The notes under the pieces were generated by a model. It did no database searches and was not told the DNA's origin. It saw only the letters and a list, made by a program, of their open reading frames with translations. A stretch of DNA of 64,000 nucleotides from Rhodosorus marinus CCMP1338 (lineage: Eukaryota > Plantae > Rhodophyta), in the NCBI GenBank assembly GCA_029953675.1, contig JAMWBK010000002.1:248001-312000 (forward strand). The letters are read 5' to 3'. How positions within the stretch are numbered: the first letter of the stretch is position 1; each line of letters starts with the position of its first letter. The translations under genes were made by a program, and so were the position numbers. This document shows positions 12,760-24,610 of the stretch, in pieces.

Positions 12760-13076
12760 TGTAACTCCGATGCGAAAGATGTCCATGTGAACAGTTCATC
12801 GAACCTCCTAGCGTTACTTTCCGAGGCAGCTTTTGACCAGTCTTCGCTCTGCGTCGCGTCGGTCGAGAGCTTCTGATAAGACGGGGGTTTTTGCGTTTTG
12901 GGGTCTGGACGCTTGGGAAGAATTCGACCTTGCTTACGAAGCTTTAAGGTGACGAGCAAAAAAACTTTATACCCCCAAAATGTAAAAACTAGGCTTATCG
13001 GCTACCTCACTGTTGAGTGTTACTGTTGAATATTATAAAATCGTATGTGGTCTCTCTGTTTGTTGTTATGTCGATT

Positions 13077-13522
13077 CTACCGCCTGTGGAACAGCCTGAC
13101 GAATCCGCTGAAGATGTTCCGGCGCGGCCTGAATTCGATATCTTCGTCAGAAAAGTCCAAATATGGGTCTTTCACCATGGAAATCTGGGCCCGACGCATG
13201 CTGCCACCGATCAGCGATGTAGCAGGCTCAAACCCTGGACTGAACCTCGATTCTGTCCAACGACGTTCCGAGTTTGCATCATTCCGCCTGAATGGGTTCC
13301 AAACCAGTCCACGCTCCGGTTGGGAAGCCGGAAAATATTCTCGTACGTTCTCCCATGGATCGTTGAGAAAGCTATCTTCGTCGGTGTTGGTCCCGTTAGT
13401 CCACCTACTGTCCCCACTTCCGATCCTAAACGACACCATCACTCTAATCCAATCTAATCAAACACTCACACCTCGCCAATCTCCTCAAACAAACATGAAA
13501 GGAATTGACCACTGCTCAGCAT
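13077..13522 (-). CDS. Hypothetical ~133-aa protein (possible 2 exons)
   Basis: 121-codon open frame joins a short upstream exon (MLSSGQFLSCLFEEIGE) through a frame-consistent GTGAGT..TTTAG intron (13426-13469). The intron is only 44 nt and has no clear branch point. No recognised domain. Confidence 0.35.
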
Positions 13523-14027
13523 AAGATTTCAGACCGCATCTTCTCTTCTAGCAGTCAGCTTGCCTCTATCCACTGAGGGTGCCGCTCTACACTGTTCATC
13601 AAGTCGATCTCACGATTGGTCCTGGTTCATTTTAATGAAAAAACTCCCACGTTAAATTATCCAAATCAAGAACTATCCCACCTTAAAATACAGAATAATT
13701 AAAAATAAAACCAATAGTAGCTCTAAAATATGTCGTTCCTTCTAGGATCCTTCTCAGGGGGGATACTACCGTTGATGGTCTAGCCATACATCTAGATAAT
13801 GAAAATAAATATGACCTATTTTTGATTTGCTGATCGTTGATGTGGGGGGTAGATATTATCATTTGAAGTCCATTTAAATTCATTTTAGATCCAACTGAAT
13901 AACGGCGAGTTATATTGAAATATGGAAATAATTAGCTCAATTAAAATTTGAATTTAGCATACCACTTCTAAATTTTGCACGGTCACTTTGGGTTTTGTAT
14001 TATGCCAGTCAGTGCTTGGGAGTCTCC

Positions 14028-15071
14028 TTAGAGGGCAGCGTTTGGTATATACCTGACCCTTATGAGTATTTTTCCGTAAGCATGGCCCAATTGGAAAGCT
14101 TGGCAGGCTTTGGTGATTTCGCTCAGTTCGTACTGTCTCCACTCTGGCTGAATTCGCTTGGCCTGGAGCAGCGACATCGCGGCGCTCCCACTATCCCTCA
14201 GGGAGGAAGGAATTCCCTGCGCTAGATGGCCTCCCCAGTAGATTCCGTGGACGGTGAGATTCTTCACAAGTAGGATGTTTGCTGGGAGGCTGGGAACGGA
14301 ACCGCTTGCAAAACCGACAACACAGATCTGACCACCCCAGCGTGTACATTTCAAGGCTGCCTCGAGCGGTGCTCCGCCAACGTTGTCCAGTACAATGTCG
14401 AATTGAGCCTTCTTTGACGTCTCCCGTATCAATTTGGCGATGTTGCGAGGATCCTTGTCCGTCCGGCTGATCTCAACGACGCTTGAAGCTCCGAGGCGTC
14501 GCACAAAGTCGGCTTTGCTGTGATTAGTGGCAGTGCCCGTTACGTGAGCACCTATAGCCTTGCACAGTTGAACTGCCATCGAACCCACGCCGCCTGCAGC
14601 TCCTAGCACAAGGACTCTGCTCGTCGAGTTCATTCGTGCGCGCTGCATTAGAGCCATCCACGCGGTACCCATCGCTACGACTGAACTCGCAGCATCTTCC
14701 ATCGACACGCCATCGGGAACAGGGAACAGTGAGTCTGAAGGCACTTCTACCTTTTCTGCGACAGCACCATCTGACGTCACACCGCAAACGCGCTGGCCGA
14801 CAACCAGTCGTGATCCCTCCCCAACAGCTGCAACAACACCAGAAAACTCTGTCCCAAATATGAACGGAGGTTCCTTACGCTCTTGGTATTGACCCTTCAC
14901 TTGCAGCAAGTCCGCAAAGTTGAGAGAAACGACGTGCACAATCACGCGTACCCGACCGCCAGCCACATCTCCCTCTAGGGGTGGTAAGCTATCCTCAATC
15001 ACGATTGTACCTTCATCGCCAGGGTCTCCAAGTCGCTTTACAACAGCACCCCTCATGATCCAATTCATCAA
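14028..15071 (-). CDS. NADPH:quinone oxidoreductase-like, MDR/zeta-crystallin family
   Basis: SLNFADLLQVKGQYQ...PPFIFGTEFSGVV, Rossmann motif LVLGAAGGVG, DIVLDNVGG, VVGFASG, GKILI. No zinc-ligand cysteines. Confidence 0.92.
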   Translation of the reverse strand: MMNWIMRGAVVKRLGDPGDEGTIVIEDSLPPLEGDVAGGRVRVIVHVVSLNFADLLQVKGQYQERKEPPFIFGTEFSGVVAAVGEGSRLVVGQRVCGVTSDGAVAEKVEVPSDSLFPVPDGVSMEDAASSVVAMGTAWMALMQRARMNSTSRVLVLGAAGGVGSMAVQLCKAIGAHVTGTATNHSKADFVRRLGASSVVEISRTDKDPRNIAKLIRETSKKAQFDIVLDNVGGAPLEAALKCTRWGGQICVVGFASGSVPSLPANILLVKNLTVHGIYWGGHLAQGIPSSLRDSGSAAMSLLQAKRIQPEWRQYELSEITKACQAFQLGHAYGKILIRVRYIPNAAL

Positions 15072-16128
15072 CTCAGTTCCGCGGCTTCAGTGCGGTGGAG
15101 AGGTTGATCACCTTAGGCTTCGCAGTTCATTCGGTGCCGTGGCTTTCTTGTTCACCTCCCAATCCCACGTCAGTGTCATCAGGCAATGCTACCTCTCTCG
15201 CCGTCCCGATGAGAAGTCTTTCGATGTCAATAAATTCAGTTTCTGTCTACAGTGCTGAGTTACTGTTTCAGAAAAAGGCTATGAGCACTCGGGAGTTTGG
15301 GCATGGAAGCCGCCATCGCTAGCAGTCGAGCCCTTCAAGCGCGTGAACAGCTTATCAACCTGGAGGTGGGAAGGGACCGATCGCGGGCGAGCGTTTGGGC
15401 ATCCTATATTGCGCTTTCGCTCCATCTAAAGCAGCTTCACATGCCTCAGTTCGGGTGCATGAATCCGGGGCCACGTTATCTGGCTAAATCCCCGCTGCTG
15501 CGGGTTTATTTGATACGAACCCACGAGGTGACGCTCTACGACGGGAGCTTCCTCAGCGTGTCCAAAATGCTCAGATCATTATTAGAATGGAAAGGTTTAC
15601 ATCATGTTAAAGGGTTACTCGGCGTTGGCCTAAAACCCAGTTTTTTGGTCCAACCACCCTCCGAGAATACTAACGCGTACAAAGCCTGCTGTCGATGCAA
15701 AAAAACCCAACATCAATTACCTACATCGAACACAATTAAAACCGTTTCAATAATATCTTTTATATATTACTTTTTAACAAAATTACTTTATATTCAACGC
15801 TATAAACGATGTGTTTATAAGCACCCTCAAAGCGTCATCTACGATCCAATCTAAGTAAAAGATTGATATTCCATTTTATTTCGTAATTAATTTTATACAG
15901 TCTATTGGATATATGTTGACTGATTTATTGCATGACGCTTATAGGATCTTCACTTTTTCACTTTTTCCTAGTGGTGTCAGAAATGGGAACCTCAAAAAGG
16001 AGTTGCGGCGGGTGACAAACCGAAAAGGAATGGGTCGATGTGAAGATGGTTGATGTGGTCATGGTGTGCGTGTTTCTTTATTATTGCTTAAGAGACACAG
16101 GATTTTTTTAAAACTAGGATAAAAAAAA

Positions 16129-18753
16129 ATGGAAGTCGTGGAAGGAAATGAGAAGGCTTTGAATGACGTTGACGTTATGGAAGTTGAGAAAGGTGGGGTG
16201 AAGGGTAGGAAAGGTGAGGTTGCTGAGGATGGGGACGATGTTGATGATGAGGCGCTGGATTATGAGTTTGAGGAGATAAAAAATGGAGCGTATATGGTAG
16301 ATTTATCGCATTCTGATGTTCCGGTCGAGGATATGGACAAGCAGATTCTTGTAGAGCGAGCGTATGACGCCTATGTAAGAACCAGATTGAACCCCGTGCG
16401 AGTAGCGAATCGTGCTGAGCTCGTTGCGATGGAGGTAGAGGATGCATCTGAGCATTCAAAGGACGTTTTCTACGAGGTCATTGGATGGGATCTCGCGAAT
16501 CAGGTCCAGAAGACTCCAGATGACGTGGGTAGGATGGTGGGAAAGCGAAATGGTTTGTCCACTAGGGGACAGAAGAAAGTCTCCAATCAACTGCAGACAC
16601 AGCTAGATGAGCTACCGAAGACTTTGAAGAAATATCGTGGACGTCAAAAGCTGCATGTAGCGCCTGCTGGCGAGCCGGAGAAGGAAAACCGCCGGGTTCT
16701 ACACTTGTGGCTGGAACTGGAGGATGATTATGGGAAGCGACGTGTTTTGAGAGAGGAACTGGAGTGGGACATATCGTTGTCCGAGGATATTAATGCGCCG
16801 GATTGGTTTGCATGGTACATGTGTGAGGAGCTTGGACTTGGGGTGAAGAACGTCAACCGTGTGGCTGAACATATCCGAATGCAGCTGCAAAGGCTTAAGG
16901 AGACGCAGCAGGACGCTCACGGGAGGCTGGGTGTTGTAGAGGGCGCGATGAAGGCATACAAAGGCACTTTTCTGGAACAGAAGGACGCGTATTCCGTGGC
17001 GCGGGAGATGGTCTATGCTTCCCTCATGAACACGTTCGATTTAATCGCGAGCATGCCATTTCAACGGGGATTATTTACCAGCCCGTTTCCGGCACAGTCA
17101 ACCGCTGGCTCATTGACTGCCGCAGCCTCACCACAAAGATCGCCACAGTCGTCTCCCGGGTACCGCGCATCCCCTCACCCTTTTCTTCCTTCGCCGACTA
17201 ACCCGATCGTAACACCGAGAGATACATTCGTTGGGTTGCAGGGAATCTCGAGCACTCCGACTCCGACAGCAGCGGGAACACCCGTAGGAAACCATCCAAT
17301 CGGGAATCAAACCCCGAAAGCCGATTCGGATATTTTGAATGTCCCATCGGCTATGGTTCACGGACTGGCCAGTGACGGCCGAACATTCCGCGAAAGGTTT
17401 CCACCCGACGATAAGATGCTAGCTGAGGGTGCTATGCCGTTGGTTTGTTCCTTCCCGGGCTGTGGTAGGCGGTTCAAAGAGCCGGGAAAGGTCCAGAAAC
17501 ATGAAACCATTCACTACGATGATGCAGATCATCATGTGCTGGGAAGGCTGTCAATAATAGAGCAGATTGATGAGGACGACTTCGACGAGCGGGACCCGAG
17601 GAGAGATACGTTTTTACACGACACGGCACTCCCTCATAGGTGCCCCTACGTTGGATGCGTGAAAAGCTTTTATTTCAACTCTCAGCTCCAGCGTCACAAG
17701 GTGTACCACGAGAAAGAGGGCCATCTGTTGCGAGCAGATACCGATATCCCCGAAGATTGGGGTCACCTGCAGTATGGATTAGGGGCTCGGGGGTCGTACT
17801 CTACCCGGCGAAACAACCCGCTGCCTTCCGCGGCCAGCGAAAGGCTCGGTCTGGGCTTACGTGCTTCCCCAAAATCAAAGTTTTTACAGAAGAAGGAACG
17901 CCGAGAGCCCATGGTTCGCTTGCCAAAGCCTTCGAAACCTCCACCACCTGTTGTCAACGCTGTCGTTCACGGAGTGGATTTGAGTAGGTTTTTGATCTAC
18001 TGGTGGCTGAACATTCCCATGTTTGGCTGAAACTGACTCCTTTTTTGGATTGTTTCGCATGAACTTAATAGGAAGCTTCCGACTCCACGCGTACAAAAGG
18101 GAAGAGCTTATGGCCTTTCGCAATGGCAGGACGAAGCCAAGGCACAATCACGCCAAGGGCGGTGGTTGTATTCCATGCAAACTGAAGTCTTTTGGATTGG
18201 ACATTCCAAAGGTAGGAATAGCTTTAGTCTGGGATCACATGCGTGAGTAGCTTCGAGAGGTGGACTCGCGTGTGAAGAGCACCGATGCACGAGCAGGACC
18301 GTTGCTGACATTGTAGCCCTCTTGCTCTTTGTGCCTGCTTAGATGCGGGATGTGGTGAGGGTTTTCTTGAGAGAGATGCGAAAGATGAGGGGAGAGCCAC
18401 CAGAGGAAGAAGAGAAGACGATCGAAGAAATCAAGAAGAAGAAGGCGTGGGAAGGGAGTGTGGACGCTGGAACAACAGCTGCGTCCGAAGCACCCTCGGA
18501 CTCGCTTCTTCGATCTCCAGGTGCCGAAAGCTCACCACCTCCCGACGGTCTATCAATACCTGGAAGTTCTCCGGCGCCGTCGGGATCCCCATTCCCCGAC
18601 ATGTCTCCCCCACCCGACTCCTCACCTGCACCAGAGAGCTCCCAAGCTGCGGATGACCTCCCAACCCCTCTACCCTCCCCTATGGACGATCAGGAACTGA
18701 ACCCCGTACTTTCACAAGATGATAATTCACAGAAGCAACCAGAAATCATCTGA
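16129..18753 (+). CDS. SNF5/SMARCB1/Sfh1-domain protein fused to two C2H2 zinc fingers (3 exons; introns 17984-18071, 18212-18342)
   Basis: SNF5 repeat 1 (ELVAMEVE...EVIGWDLAN...TPDDVGR...SNQLQTQL) and repeat 2 (EELEWDIS...APDWFAWYMCEELGL...VAEHIRMQL). Zinc fingers CSFPGC...HETIH and CPYVGC...HKVYH. Both downstream splices keep frame. Confidence 0.82.
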
Positions 18754-19255
18754 AAACCTGCCGATCCAGAAGCCGATTCCCCCCTTGGACCACCGCGGTG
18801 AGCCAAAAAATCATCTATAACGGCTAAAAAAAATTCAAATTCTCGAATCTCGGTGACGAAATAAGGGGTCGTCAATTTGTTTGATCAAATCTTAAAGATT
18901 TTCTCCAGGGGGGGTTAAAATTCTCACATTAATATTTTGGGCTTATTTGAGTGGAATTATTTTGTGAACCCCCCTTAGAAGATGTTTTATTTTTTAGCTT
19001 GATTTGGGGAAATGCGTTACGGGGAGTGTAGTAGGGAAACGGCATTGACCTGAGACATTGGATGTAGCTGTTGATGAAATGGCTTAATGGATGGATAGAC
19101 TGAGCGGGTGGGACGACATAAGAGTTATGAAGGCTGTTGAAAGGGAAACAGATGATGTAAATAGCGTATCGAGCAGAGGTCTGGTGAATAGTCTTTTCGC
19201 TCCTGTTGCCTTCTTGATGGTTTAAGGAAGAAGTGTTTTCTTTGGAGTCAGTGAG

Positions 19256-21223
19256 ATGGAAGTGGTACGGGTTCAATCGGAGAAGAGGATGGTTGAAGAG
19301 CTGGAGGGGGTGAAGAGGGTTTTGAGGCTTGGGATTCGGCAAGATTGGGAGAAACGCGCTCAAGCAGTGAGGAAATGTGTCTCGCTGGCTGAGAATGCGG
19401 TAACGTCGAGTTCTGAGCTTCTGATGGGAGCGTTAATGCGCGGGCTCAAGTCGATTGTATATTTTCTGTGTGAGAACGTTACGGATACAAAAGCCGCAGT
19501 TGTGAAAGCGTCATGTGAGGCCATGATAGGACTGTCCGAATGTCTAGGAGCTACGTTTGGGCATACCTTGGCAGGACCGATTCTCTCTGCGCTTCAACGA
19601 ACGGCAACCAGCTCAAGCAATGTTTTATCGGAATATGCCACCGAAGCTATGAGGTCAATTTTGCACAACGCTCCCGTTCCGAGCACAGTCCTGGACGAAG
19701 TGTGCAAGTCCAGTGGCAGCAGCTCGACCTCGGCTTGTTTGGCTGCTGCTGAATGTGTAGCCGTAATTCTCGACAAGCAACCAAGACCTGCTCTCGACAC
19801 CTGCACCGGGGCAATCTCAAAGGCCATATTGGAAGGTACCAATCACAATGTGCTTGCCGTAGCTCAGAGGAGCCTGAACAACTTTTGCATCCTCGAGATG
19901 CTCTACCCGAAAGTTGCAGGTTCACTGCATGAGGAGCTTAGCGAAGAAGCCCAGAAGAAAGTGAAGTTTGCTCGGGAAGAATTTGATCTCGCCCCGCGGA
20001 AATGCAAAACCTGCGCTTACCTATCCCACAGAAGTTATCCAAAGTGGAAGAAGGTACGATCGCCGATGTCAACCGACACCGCGCAATCCGTGACGGACTC
20101 GAACACGAAGAATTCTGCCACTAGCATCGGCTCCTCGATGAGCAGACCAGTTCTTGAGGAAGACAGTCACAGCTCAATAGGATCCAAGCATTGGCCTGGA
20201 AGGGTAGACGAAGTGGAAGCCATCCTCAGCACCGCTATGCTCTCTGACGCAACATGGACATCGGACTCAATTAGACTAGCGGCGAGCTATCTGAATGATA
20301 CTCAAGTTGAGGTTTTGATCTCTGCGCTGAACGTGCTTGTGCAGCTCATCGAACTTGGTGAAGGCGCATGCAACACAATTGAAGTGGATCCGATGCTGAC
20401 TGCTAAAGTGTTTAGTAGGAAGAGAAGCTCACATGAGAAGGTGAGTATGGCGGTGAACTCGGTGGTTGAGACTATGAAGGAACGGATGGGGTTGGACAGG
20501 TATGCGAAACATCTGGTTGATGTGCTCGCACTGAGTGAGATCAGCGAGATGAACAACGCGAGGTCGAGGATGCTGTGTTCAGTCCTTGAGGTCGTACTCG
20601 CTGAAGTGAAGTCTGGTTCCTGGGGCCATCGTGGGCGTCCGTCTCTTGATGTCAATCTCGACACGCTTCTGTCCCTGACGGTCTCGTTATCGTGTGACCA
20701 AGACGTCATGGTGAGCGTTGCTGCGGGAAAATTGCTATTGGCGATGAGGCAGATCGCGCCGACGTTGCAGTATACTGAGGCGCTTTCGGAGTACGAGGTG
20801 CTCAGATCGGAGCAGCAGATGTGCGACTCGAGCAGGGCGAAAATACCGCTTCCGGATATTTCTACAATCGAAAAAGTTGCACAATCGGCACAACGTTTGA
20901 GCCGGGGTTCTAGCCGACGAGATGCTAGTTCGCTGAGCGTCAGCTTCAGTGACGATGTATCACCCCTCTCGAGGAGGGGATCGATCATATCACGAGAGCT
21001 TCTATTCGAAAACGAGAGTGCTCCCGTCTACTCGACAACGGCAAAAAACCACAAAAAACTCGGCAAGTCCAATCGAAAGCCGTTGAACAACAGCACCAAC
21101 TACTTTCTCATTCAACCAGAGAAACCCGCGCTGGAAGCCGTCCTGAACTCTGTTGGTGCCCCTTTTCGTGTAGAACAATTGGATGCCAGCGTGAAGGAGA
21201 ACTCGCTCTATCAGATCTTCTGA
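19256..21223 (+). CDS. CLASP-like TOG/HEAT-repeat microtubule-associated protein
   Basis: 655-aa ORF. QDWEKRAQAV and VTDTKAAVVKASCEAMIGLSECLG match the CLASP_N pattern (dW..R..al; D.Rs.vvkeaC). Ser-rich linker and a second HEAT-like block. Confidence 0.7.
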   Translation: MEVVRVQSEKRMVEELEGVKRVLRLGIRQDWEKRAQAVRKCVSLAENAVTSSSELLMGALMRGLKSIVYFLCENVTDTKAAVVKASCEAMIGLSECLGATFGHTLAGPILSALQRTATSSSNVLSEYATEAMRSILHNAPVPSTVLDEVCKSSGSSSTSACLAAAECVAVILDKQPRPALDTCTGAISKAILEGTNHNVLAVAQRSLNNFCILEMLYPKVAGSLHEELSEEAQKKVKFAREEFDLAPRKCKTCAYLSHRSYPKWKKVRSPMSTDTAQSVTDSNTKNSATSIGSSMSRPVLEEDSHSSIGSKHWPGRVDEVEAILSTAMLSDATWTSDSIRLAASYLNDTQVEVLISALNVLVQLIELGEGACNTIEVDPMLTAKVFSRKRSSHEKVSMAVNSVVETMKERMGLDRYAKHLVDVLALSEISEMNNARSRMLCSVLEVVLAEVKSGSWGHRGRPSLDVNLDTLLSLTVSLSCDQDVMVSVAAGKLLLAMRQIAPTLQYTEALSEYEVLRSEQQMCDSSRAKIPLPDISTIEKVAQSAQRLSRGSSRRDASSLSVSFSDDVSPLSRRGSIISRELLFENESAPVYSTTAKNHKKLGKSNRKPLNNSTNYFLIQPEKPALEAVLNSVGAPFRVEQLDASVKENSLYQIF

Positions 21224-21938
21224 GGTTTATAGCTTACCCTCCAGTTATTCGAGAGCAGCTCGATGACCAACAGGAAAACAGGTTGCGTAATTCAACGAGC
21301 ATGTAAAGGGAGATAAAGTATGTAATAGCAAAATCTATGAATGTGGTCGTGAAGGTTTGCGGAATTCCATGCAACGGACTCCATATCCCTTTTGAAGGTC
21401 CTTCGAAAACGGAGTCAGATGTTTCGCATAACCGCGAAGGGCAAGTCTCCACTCAAAGTCCAGGACACCCGAGGGAGGTGTCGTACTCTAAGGATGAGTA
21501 CGATAGCTGGATGTGTTCCGGTCTCGTGGGACCCACGCGTCGCCGTGTCACTCAGGTGCGCTTTGGTTGCGACGTTTGTGCTGGGTCGAAAATATGTAGT
21601 CTACACCACACGGTCAGTTGTATTCAGATCTGGGACGAGTTACACGAGAGGGGAAGCACCTTGTCCTTTCTGTGACCCCCAAGAGCTACAGCAAGCTGGG
21701 CAGGCAGACTCTGAAACGGTTCTTCGGTGGAGAAATAGACCACTTTGGATATCATGAGGGCAAAACCGTAGACCCTAGAGAGAGCGTTTAATACCAGATT
21801 CACAAACACACATACATACTATCTAACACAACGCCCATAGAATTCCGCGATGTTCCCCCATAACTCCCCCCCAGTCTCTTCCCCCGAAAAAGGGAGCGCT
21901 CGCTCAAAAGTGGTTTCCGTCACTCAGCATCCAAGAGC

Positions 21939-22607
21939 TCAGCCAGGAGAACATTCCGAATCATCCAATTCCTCTCCCAAGAGCAGCTGTGCGGGTTGAC
22001 ACGCAGCGTCATCCGGAGTACTCGCCGAGCAATTGAAAGTAATACCGCAGACGCGGTTGCCAATACTGCGCTTAGTACATTGTTGGTACTTTGGAAACCA
22101 GTAGAGCTCTTCCTCGAGAGTTGGTGGATGCTTCCCCTTGTGACCGATGACCAGGCAAAGTTGGGAATAAGAACAGCAATCAGGTACCATGAGTTCGCTG
22201 GGACAGAGCGTATGCATTTGATCTGGACATTTCACCCCTTCGGAACATCCTGTGTCCAGCTCATGAATCTGCCACCTGTCCCGTGGCCTCGGAGGGTAAC
22301 CATCGCAAGGCCAGAGACCGAGCTTCACCTTAGTTGGAAAGGCATCTTCAAGCAAAGGGTATACCCGAAACTCCAGGCAAGTCTCATCCTCAATTTGAAC
22401 CATTCTCGTCGACATCCGCCCGACAATGTCATTCGAACCACCCCACCGAAGATCGTAATCGTCCGTACCAAACTCTGGGAGAGCATAGTGCCTGTCCAAG
22501 TCATCCGCACAAGTCGCGTGCCCCGCCCAGGACCCAGCAACGAACAGAACAATTCCAGCTATGACTAACGACATCGCTCTATTGTGGATGCGAAACAGCA
22601 GCACCAT
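21939..22607 (-). CDS. Secreted cysteine-rich protein, unknown family
   Basis: 222-aa ORF with signal-like MSLVIAGIVLFVAGSWAGHA, then a Cys-rich mature region including a CC pair. Confidence 0.65.
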   Translation of the reverse strand: MVLLFRIHNRAMSLVIAGIVLFVAGSWAGHATCADDLDRHYALPEFGTDDYDLRWGGSNDIVGRMSTRMVQIEDETCLEFRVYPLLEDAFPTKVKLGLWPCDGYPPRPRDRWQIHELDTGCSEGVKCPDQMHTLCPSELMVPDCCSYSQLCLVIGHKGKHPPTLEEELYWFPKYQQCTKRSIGNRVCGITFNCSASTPDDAACQPAQLLLGEELDDSECSPG

Positions 22608-24084
22608 AACAAGAAACGAATAATGCAGCCACCACCACAGCGGACCTCAAAGCTCCTGTTTCATTTTAGAAATGGACAGCGCTGCTCAGAAGCTCTTCTC
22701 GTCCTCCTCGGAGTATCTGAAACCAAGCTGCTCAGTTTTCACTCTGTTCCCTCACAATCTAACTTTGTCATTCCTTATAAACCCTCCTGTTTACCAAGCT
22801 CTGCTCTTCAAAAGCACATTGACCAGGTATGCCCGACCTCCCATTCGTCACCAAAAAAACTACTTTTGCCCTCAACCCCAATTAAAATCGCTAGTCAAAC
22901 GGGTGAAAAAGTCTTGTCAGTCCGAGAGACAAAACCTGAACTAGGACCCCTGTTCACGAAGTGCACACTGCCAAAGCTGTGCCAACAGCTAATTCGTCGT
23001 TCACTTCCAACAACAACCGGCAAGGGAGCTTCAAGACTTAGTCCACGTTTTCCCAATAGAGAACGTCAATATGGGGTTTCGGACTCTGACCATTTCACGC
23101 CATGTTGAGATGGTGTCATTTCTATATCCAAAACCGGTCATTGATCTTCAGTCAATCACGTTCTTCTTGATATTTTTTTCTTTCATATCTTCACAGTCTT
23201 TTCTCTCCTAAAGAGAAGAGAGAGCTCCTAACTTCAAATAGGATGTTAAGTCGCTAAGACTGGCGATGAAAGCAGAGCACTTGGCCCTAGAGGAGTGTGT
23301 TCACCCCCAAGCGATAAGGACAAACCTCATCGTGCAGGAATCCAACTGTATCGAAAATTCAGTTGGTTAAGGAAAATATGAGTGGTTAATCAGAAAGCTT
23401 ATTTTTGGATGAATTTAGGTATGACAAGCTGTCTCTTTGGTTATGGTCATGATTACGGCTATTGGTTTTTTTAAATATTGAGATTTTTTGACTGTTTTTA
23501 TCTAGATTTGTTCTTGTTTTGTTTCAAGAAGTCTCAGATCTATGTCTTGTTCTATTTTGTGTATTTCGTTTTTTGGGGGGTTTGGATTTCTTGAGGAAAG
23601 CCTACCGTCTTGTTAAGCGGTTTGGGATGGGGTTGGCACGTACTACAAACAGGGCCAAAGGAATCAGTGGACACGGAGGCGCTCACCAACGCTGAGGCTT
23701 TGTGATCTGCACTGGCTTCATCGGTTTGTCCTCTTAGTTCTAGAGGTCTTCAGATTCTTAAATAGTGCCGTGGGGTGGTTGGTTGTGAGAGGGTTACAGT
23801 GGCTGTCGTGATGAGTTTCATCGAGAGTATGATTCTTTGGCTCTGAATTTCTGGCGCGGTAACGCTACCTTAGTTCTGGATACGAGGTCTTTGCGGATTT
23901 CCTAGCGTACCTCATTCGGGGACCACAGCCTCCGATCAAATCGATATGATAACAGGGCCTTGCTGTCAATCACCCATGTCTTCCTTGCATTCACCAATGG
24001 AACGACTTCCTAAAGTGTTAGAAGTAGTCTTTGTTTGGAATTGCATCGAGCTGATCCTCGTATGTGTTGAGTTGATGTGCTTCT

Positions 24085-24610
24085 TGGTTTAATTCTGAGT
24101 CAAACATGTTCAGGGTTTAGATCCTTTCGCACTTGCAAACCGTGCGCTGAGACCTATGCTGCGAGTTCAGATTCGCGGCAATAACCGGAAAACCGAGAAC
24201 GCTGCAGATGGTCTCATCGGCGCGGTTCGTGATTTAGAAACAAGCTGGACCCTGAACACGAACCATGGACTCTCTAGTTGAGCTTTTCAAACTTGTCGTT
24301 TGTAACTGTTCTCGCGGACCATCGTAAGCATTGGGTTGAGGTGCTTGTGGTTGAACCTTGAGTCTGTCGCGGTCACATTCCAGGTCAATCCTCACTCACA
24401 AACCGTGCGATGAAAACCAACTGTTTAGATTCAGAGTAGCAGCCGCCTGCAGAACTAACCGGAAACTTAATTGGTCTCATCGCGCGGTTCGTGATTTAGA
24501 AAGAACACGGACAATCGACTCTCCATTCCAGCTCAGCGTCTTCCATCAAAACATTATGGTCGTCACTGTCTACTGCCAACATTTTAAAAGCTCCAGATTG
24601 AGGATTTCAA
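24085..24610. repeat. Old ~260-bp tandem duplication, each copy with an internal imperfect inverted repeat (MITE-like)
   Basis: AAACCGTGCG at 24137 and 24400. GGTCTCATC(G)GCGCGGTTCGTGATTTAGAAA at 24210 and 24473. Flanks also align (TGGTT..TGAGTC; GAACACG..GACTCTC). Confidence 0.75.

Noticed and set aside
15095-15854. 185-aa plus-strand ORF and exon-like pieces on the minus strand
   Set aside because: The ORF runs into AT-rich intergenic sequence, and the minus-strand splice phases were inconsistent.
21234-21810. Overlapping 112- and 121-aa ORFs after the CLASP-like gene
   Set aside because: No domain, and competing frames with nothing to choose between them.
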